A stretch of DNA of 64,000 nucleotides from Eledone cirrhosa (Eukaryota). The notes under the pieces are model-generated. The model saw only the letters and a list, made by a program, of their open reading frames with translations. It searched no databases and was not told where the DNA came from. Every line of letters begins with the position of its first letter. Position 1 is the first letter of the stretch. The DNA lies in assembly GCA_964016885.1 (NCBI GenBank), contig OZ024740.1:265856001-265920000 (forward strand), written 5' to 3'. Below, piece after piece: positions 58,785-64,000 of this stretch. Both the position numbers and the translations under genes were made by a program.

Positions 58785-59036
58785 TTCTCCGTATAAGACA
58801 AGAGCTGAAAAATATATTTTAACGTGTTAAAATATCCCCCACACACGTACAGACACATTCCTACTGACCATCCCTCTACCACGAATGACTCTGCTACACA
58901 CACACACACACACATTCACAAACACACACACACACACACTTGTCTTAATAGGCATTTGAACAGTCAGCAGGCAGGCGGTTCGCACACACATCCCTGCTGA
59001 CCATTATCACAACAACGAACCTCTTTACTACTACTA

Positions 59037-59132
<96 letters not shown>

Positions 59133-59505
59133 TTGTCTTGAAAGACTTATTTTTCAGTGACTTCTCAATCAGCCGAGACAAACCTACATTTGGCACACAA
59201 TCAATTTTTAACATTCACATGACCTCTACCGACCGATCAAAATTGTTTTGACCACAAGAATTTTTTCATACATCTGGAGCACTTTTTTTACATATAACAG
59301 GTAGAATTTCCAAAACTAATCAGATTAGAGCAAACATCACGGGCGCTCTATCTCAAAATTATTTTTGAAAAGCATTAGAAATGCGCAACCGGTAAAACTT
59401 AAAACCAAAACTGAATACTAACCAATACTTATTACTCATTTTTACTTATTCCTAATTAAACTATTTTTCACTGGGAACAATTTGTCAGCATATTCTTTTC
59501 CTTTT

Positions 59506-59510
<5 letters not shown>
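56971..59510 (+). mobile_element. Neptune-like PLE: RT core, Cys linker, GIY-YIG, long microsatellite-rich 3' region
   Basis: YRQKSGTSM..APTYANLVMG, WKRYLDDCF, CDRPSCGIC and IYVLTCSGCREQYIGQT; has stops and frameshifts. 59325-59510 is homologous to 61090-61285. Confidence 0.88.
59361..59398 (+). ncRNA. Hammerhead-like motif, TTGAAAA / GCAA variant
   Basis: TTT-TTGAAAA-GCAT tagaa ATGC-GCAA-CCGG-TA^AAA. Confidence 0.5.
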
Positions 59511-59569
<59 letters not shown>

Positions 59570-59631
59570 TGGGGGGGGGTTACATATACATAAACTAGAC
59601 AGAGCCATAGATATAAATATATATATATATT

Positions 59632-60721
59632 TTTGGCAACCATTCATGGTGTGGCTCAATGACGAATTAATTAATTAAATAATCAACAATCAGAGCAATA
59701 TATAAGAAAGTAAGTCCATAGAATCATTTGATAAAATATATACAGTATTTCTTCTCCCAATCACCATAATCAAGCACACAAAAAATCAATTAAACGAGGC
59801 TATAAGTTTAAAATGTACCTATGACGAAACAATAGATAAATAAAAGATAGCTATTTTATCCGCGATCCACAGCCACAGAAGATTTACTAGTATTTCTAAT
59901 AGCCCGTAGAAATTGACTAGACATATAGTTAACTATACACAATTAGGTACAAAATCAAAGTTAGAAGAAAAAATGTACATAAACATACCAAAATCCTGTT
60001 TCTACCCCCGGAAGTTTCATTCGCTTTTTGGAAATATCCGATCATGGATAAATTAACGAGTTTCGAAATCATCAGGAAACAAACTCAATTGGACAAAGAT
60101 TTTTCTTAAATGATCCCCGCCAGAAACGAATTCAAAATGGCTAAGAATTGTCACATGGCCGTAAGGTTGCGTAAAACTTTAGGCAGTATTCGGCTGCGCT
60201 CTCTAGCAACCAGCCTACTCGCCGTCAGGCACCAATCACAAGCTTTCTGACTTGACCACTGGCCATGTGACAATTCTTAGCCATTTTGAATTCGTTTCTG
60301 GCGGGAATCATTTAAGAAAAATCTTTGTCCAATTTGTTTCCTGATGATTTCGAAACTCGTTAATTTATCCATGATCGGATATTTCCAAAAAGCGAATGAA
60401 ACTTCCGGGGGTAAAAACAGGATTTTGGTATGTTTATGTACATTTTTTCTTCTAACTTTGATTTTGTACCTAATTGTGTATAGTTAACTATATGTCTAGT
60501 CAATTTCTACGGGCTATTAGAAATACTAGTAAATCTTCTGTGGCTGTGGATCGCGGATAAAATAGCTATCTTTTATGTATCTATTGTTTCGTCATAGGTA
60601 CATTTTAAACTTATAGCCTCGTTTAATTGATTTTTTGTGTGCTTGATTATGGTGATTGGGAGAAGAAATACTGTATATATTTTATCAAATGATTCTATGG
60701 ACTTACTTTCTTATATATATT
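59632..60721. mobile_element. Fold-back family D relative, ~460-bp arms, 100-bp loop
   Basis: 59698-60160 is the reverse complement of 60261-60721. Distant similarity to 17175-18110. Confidence 0.9.
59997..60081 (-). ncRNA. Type I hammerhead with long stem II (mirror 60335-60419)
   Basis: TGTTTC-CTGATGA-TTTCG...CGAAT-GAAA-CTTCCGGGGG-TA^GAAACA. Confidence 0.75.
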
Positions 60722-60812
60722 GATTTATATATACTCCATGAGTTATAGTAACCCGTAAAATAGTCATGAATTAACACGTGGAATATTATATCGCAGGACT
60801 TACTTAAACATG

Positions 60813-60854
<42 letters not shown>

Positions 60855-60858
<4 letters not shown>

Positions 60859-61291
60859 AAAGAATAGAGGTGTAACACACAAGTTATTATATATTGGTAA
60901 ACGGAATAGAAAATGCTAACAAATTGTTCACAGTTGAAAAATGGTTTAATTAGGAATAAAAGAGTATTAGTGATTGTATGGGTTAGTATTCAGTTGTGGT
61001 TTTAAGTTTTTAAGTTTTTACCGGTTGCGCATTTCTAAATGCTTTTCAAAAATAATTTTGAGATAGAGTGTCCGTGCTGTTTGCTCTGATCAGAGCAAAC
61101 AGCACGGACACTCTATCTCAAAATTATTTTTGAAAAGCATTTAGAAATGCGCAACCGGTAAAAACTTAAAAACTTAAAACCACAACTGAATACTAACCCA
61201 TACAATCACTAATACTCTTTTATTCCTAATTAAACCATTTTTCAACTGTGAACAATTTGTCAGCATTTTCTATTCCGTTTACCAATATATA
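60855..61291. mobile_element. Loop-less fold-back of a Neptune-like pLTR; 202-bp arms, axis 61089/61090
   Basis: Apex CTCTGA|TCAGAG with about one mismatch in the arms. Variant HHR at 61126-61164 and its mirror; (TA)n flanks. Confidence 0.92.
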
Positions 61292-61597
61292 TATATATAT
61301 ATATATATATAATGTAGAAAGTTTCGAACGCATAAAATAACTGGGAAGACAGTCTATTGATTGGTATAAATAATAGTTTTAAAAATAGTTAATAAACCTC
61401 GATAGACAGAAAAGAGTGCCCCGGGAATCGGACTCAGTAGTACCTGATTTTGAGAGGCACAACATTTGATTTTCTTCCGTCTATAGAGGGATTTTAGTCG
61501 ATATTCTAAACTAGTGTATATAGTAATCGATTGTGTTCGCATTTATTTTCCACATTTTCTAAGAATTTCAATATATTCGACGGTTTATTTACAATTG

Positions 61598-61688
<91 letters not shown>

Positions 61689-61716
61689 CATACAAACATA
61701 TATATTGAGTAAAACT

Positions 61717-62367
61717 CCCCTCCCCCTGTTCTTGCTTTCTTCGTATTCCCACTGCATTTTAATTTACTTTAAATAGCAACTACACAGCCATTTCTATTCT
61801 CCATATATTTCATCAAGTTTTTCGCTGTGACCATTCTTCTCTCCCCTTCTACCTACCTACTTCGCCACTTTCTACTCTCACACCTCTTTCTTCCCCTCCT
61901 TTTCTCCCTATCTACTCTTACACCACTTTCTTCCTCTCCTTTTCTCACTCTCTCTTTCAGACCCTCGTCTGACCGTTTAGCAGTTCTCTTCTCACTCACA
62001 ACTGCGGCCATCAGACGTGTGTCCTCTTTCTCTAGATTACTCGGTCTCGAACTTAAGTTCTTTTATCGAGTGGTCTTGGATTTCCTACCTATAGTTGCTC
62101 GCACATTGCTCGGTTTGTGGGGGTTTTTCGCTGTTGTGTTATTGTTTCCTTCCTCTCTTCCTTCGTTTTCCCAATAACTTATCCAGTTATTGACGCCCTG
62201 GGGTGAAGTGGCATCTTATCTTTAAAGCGTAGAAATATCCTAGACCTCCCAGTAGACAACTGATGAGGAACGCCCCCCCCTGTTCTTGCTTTCTTCGTAT
62301 TCCCACTGCATTTTAAGTTACCTTAAATAGCAACTACACAGCCATTTCTCTTCTCCATATATTTCAT
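61717..62367 (+). repeat. ~555-bp unit with ~95-bp terminal direct repeat (pLTR-like); CTGATGAG at 62260 may be a deleted HHR
   Basis: 61717-61813 matches 62273-62367. Confidence 0.65.
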
Positions 62368-62396
62368 TATATATATATATACATATATATATATAT

Positions 62397-63006
62397 AGAA
62401 TTTAGTATATCTACTAACATATGCGTACAGATGTACGCTAATGCTAGCAAATACATAAGTTATGTCATAGTACCTAGGTGGTTCAATGCAGGAGGATGCA
62501 GAACAATAATATGAAGGACGTAAAATAAGAACATTTTAAAAAAAGATTTAAAAAATTAACTTACTTACTAAAATTTTCACTCCAACTAATTAGTTTCTGC
62601 AATGGGATAAAGACAGTTACGTAATATAACCGTTGAGAATTCATTGCGTCATCAGGGAGTCTATTCTCAGCTAAGTCTCCAGGAAATGCGCGGACACTGG
62701 GGACTCATATAAAAATAATAATAATTCGGTAGATGGAACAGCTTGCGGGGACTGGATTCCATGCACTGAAAAGCTCGCTGTCTCTGGTCAAATGGCAGAT
62801 TCTAAAGAATCAATCACGTGACACTGAGGCTAGTCGGAAGGAGTGGGATGGTAAGATGACAGAAGCCTACTACCACACCAATGAATTAGTAGTGGTTTTG
62901 GCAGGTTTTCTCAACAAATAAATAATTTGGAGATAAATATAGAGAATTTAGTATATCTACTAACATATGCGTACAGATGTACACTAATGCTAGCAAATAC
63001 ATAAGT
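62397..63006 (-). mobile_element. 546-bp HHR-bearing monomer with 64-bp terminal redundancy
   Basis: 62397-62460 matches 62943-63006; internal HHR. Confidence 0.8.
62579..62660 (-). ncRNA. Type I hammerhead with ~50-nt stem II region
   Basis: ACTCC-CTGATGA-CGCAATG...CATTGCA-GAAA-CTAATTAG-TT^GGAGT. Confidence 0.8.
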
Positions 63007-64000
63007 GGTACGAATGCACTAAATTCTTCTGGCCACCAAAGCTAGCAGTAAATAAATTTTGGTTGGTCTGAACACCCACTGACCATATCGAGTTGTTGAC
63101 AGAGGTGACAGGGGACTGGTAGATAGAGAGAACAAATAAGGTTGGTGGTATTCTCGGTTGTAGTTGAGTGGTCAGCCACCCACATCCCTGTGACTAAGAA
63201 GGGCTGCCGGGGTGACCTAGAAGTTAGAAGGGATCGAACACTCGAAGCAAGAACATATATTTTTTTATTCCACTCTCTTCCACCCAAAATTGCCTCGGAA
63301 ATGTTATCTTTTAATCAATTTTTGCTGCCTGAAGTAATCACGATATCTATCGTCATTGCAATATGTATAACGGCTCAATTAATAAGGGACCTTAACATCT
63401 TCAACTTTGCATTTTATCTTTATATATATATATATATATATATATTAACAACATTAACTCGAATATCGAGTTTTGAAACGCGAGTGTATTAGAATTCTGT
63501 TAAAACAGTAAAATGTCGAAACGGCGTTGGGTGAAACATCACTGGCTATATTTATGTTAATTAATCAACCGACACCAGTCTACGTAGGATAAAATTCCCG
63601 GCGAAGTATACATGTAGGTCTGTGTATTCCGGAGTATTCGTATAACAATGAAGTAGAAGCAAATAGGTTAGAAGTTACCTCATTTAGTTCTTACACAATC
63701 AGTTACACAACTGTTAACTCTTAAATACAATGAATGGGAATATTCAAGGCGTGGGTTTACCACCATAAGATACTCTTCAGAATCCTCTGGACACTACTTA
63801 TCTATGAAGTCTCTATTTTTTTACTAAAAGCTTTAAACTCAAGGATAGCTAGTGTGTACGTGACCAATATAGTTTGGCACCAATGTCATCGCAATTCATT
63901 TTTTACTGGATGAGCAGACTGTTGCAATGTGAATTATATCTTGCTTGAAGACACAACACAACACCTGGTCAGGAATAAACCTTGCGATCGGGAGCTCTAC

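Noticed and set aside
60341-60360. Ultra-minimal HHR CTGATGA-TTTC-GAAA
   Set aside because: No stem II possible; the downstream GAAA at 60398 gives complete stems and matches family D.
61340-61530. Weak inverted repeat
   Set aside because: Too diverged to define ends or family by eye.
63515-63535. GAAACGGCGTT half-hammerhead (similar at 13891 and 30187)
   Set aside because: No upstream CTGANGA core or supporting stems.

Overview
AT-rich, microsatellite-saturated animal genomic DNA; the SINE and repeat content suggests an octopus/cephalopod (inference). I see no host protein-coding gene, and most ORF-track entries are microsatellite noise. The window holds decayed Penelope-like elements (PLEs) of two kinds: a 'YRDDG/CNCR' type and a Neptune-like 'YLDD/CxxxxCxxC' type. 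It also holds R4/Dong and RTE LINE fragments, many tRNA-derived Nin-domain SINEs and non-autonomous Helitrons. The main signal is in the non-coding DNA: about 30 type-I hammerhead ribozyme (HHR) motifs or half-motifs, from at least a dozen unrelated small elements inserted in (TA)n. These include a young 4.1 x 504-bp HHR concatemer with an inverted leader (retrozyme-like, predicted circular RNA), and many fold-back palindromes, some with the apex inside the ribozyme's own stems. There are also recurrent non-canonical cores (CAGAAGA; TTGAAAA..GCAA) and HHRs with stem-II regions enlarged to 35-90 nt. All ribozyme calls come from manual motif and pairing inspection and are untested.
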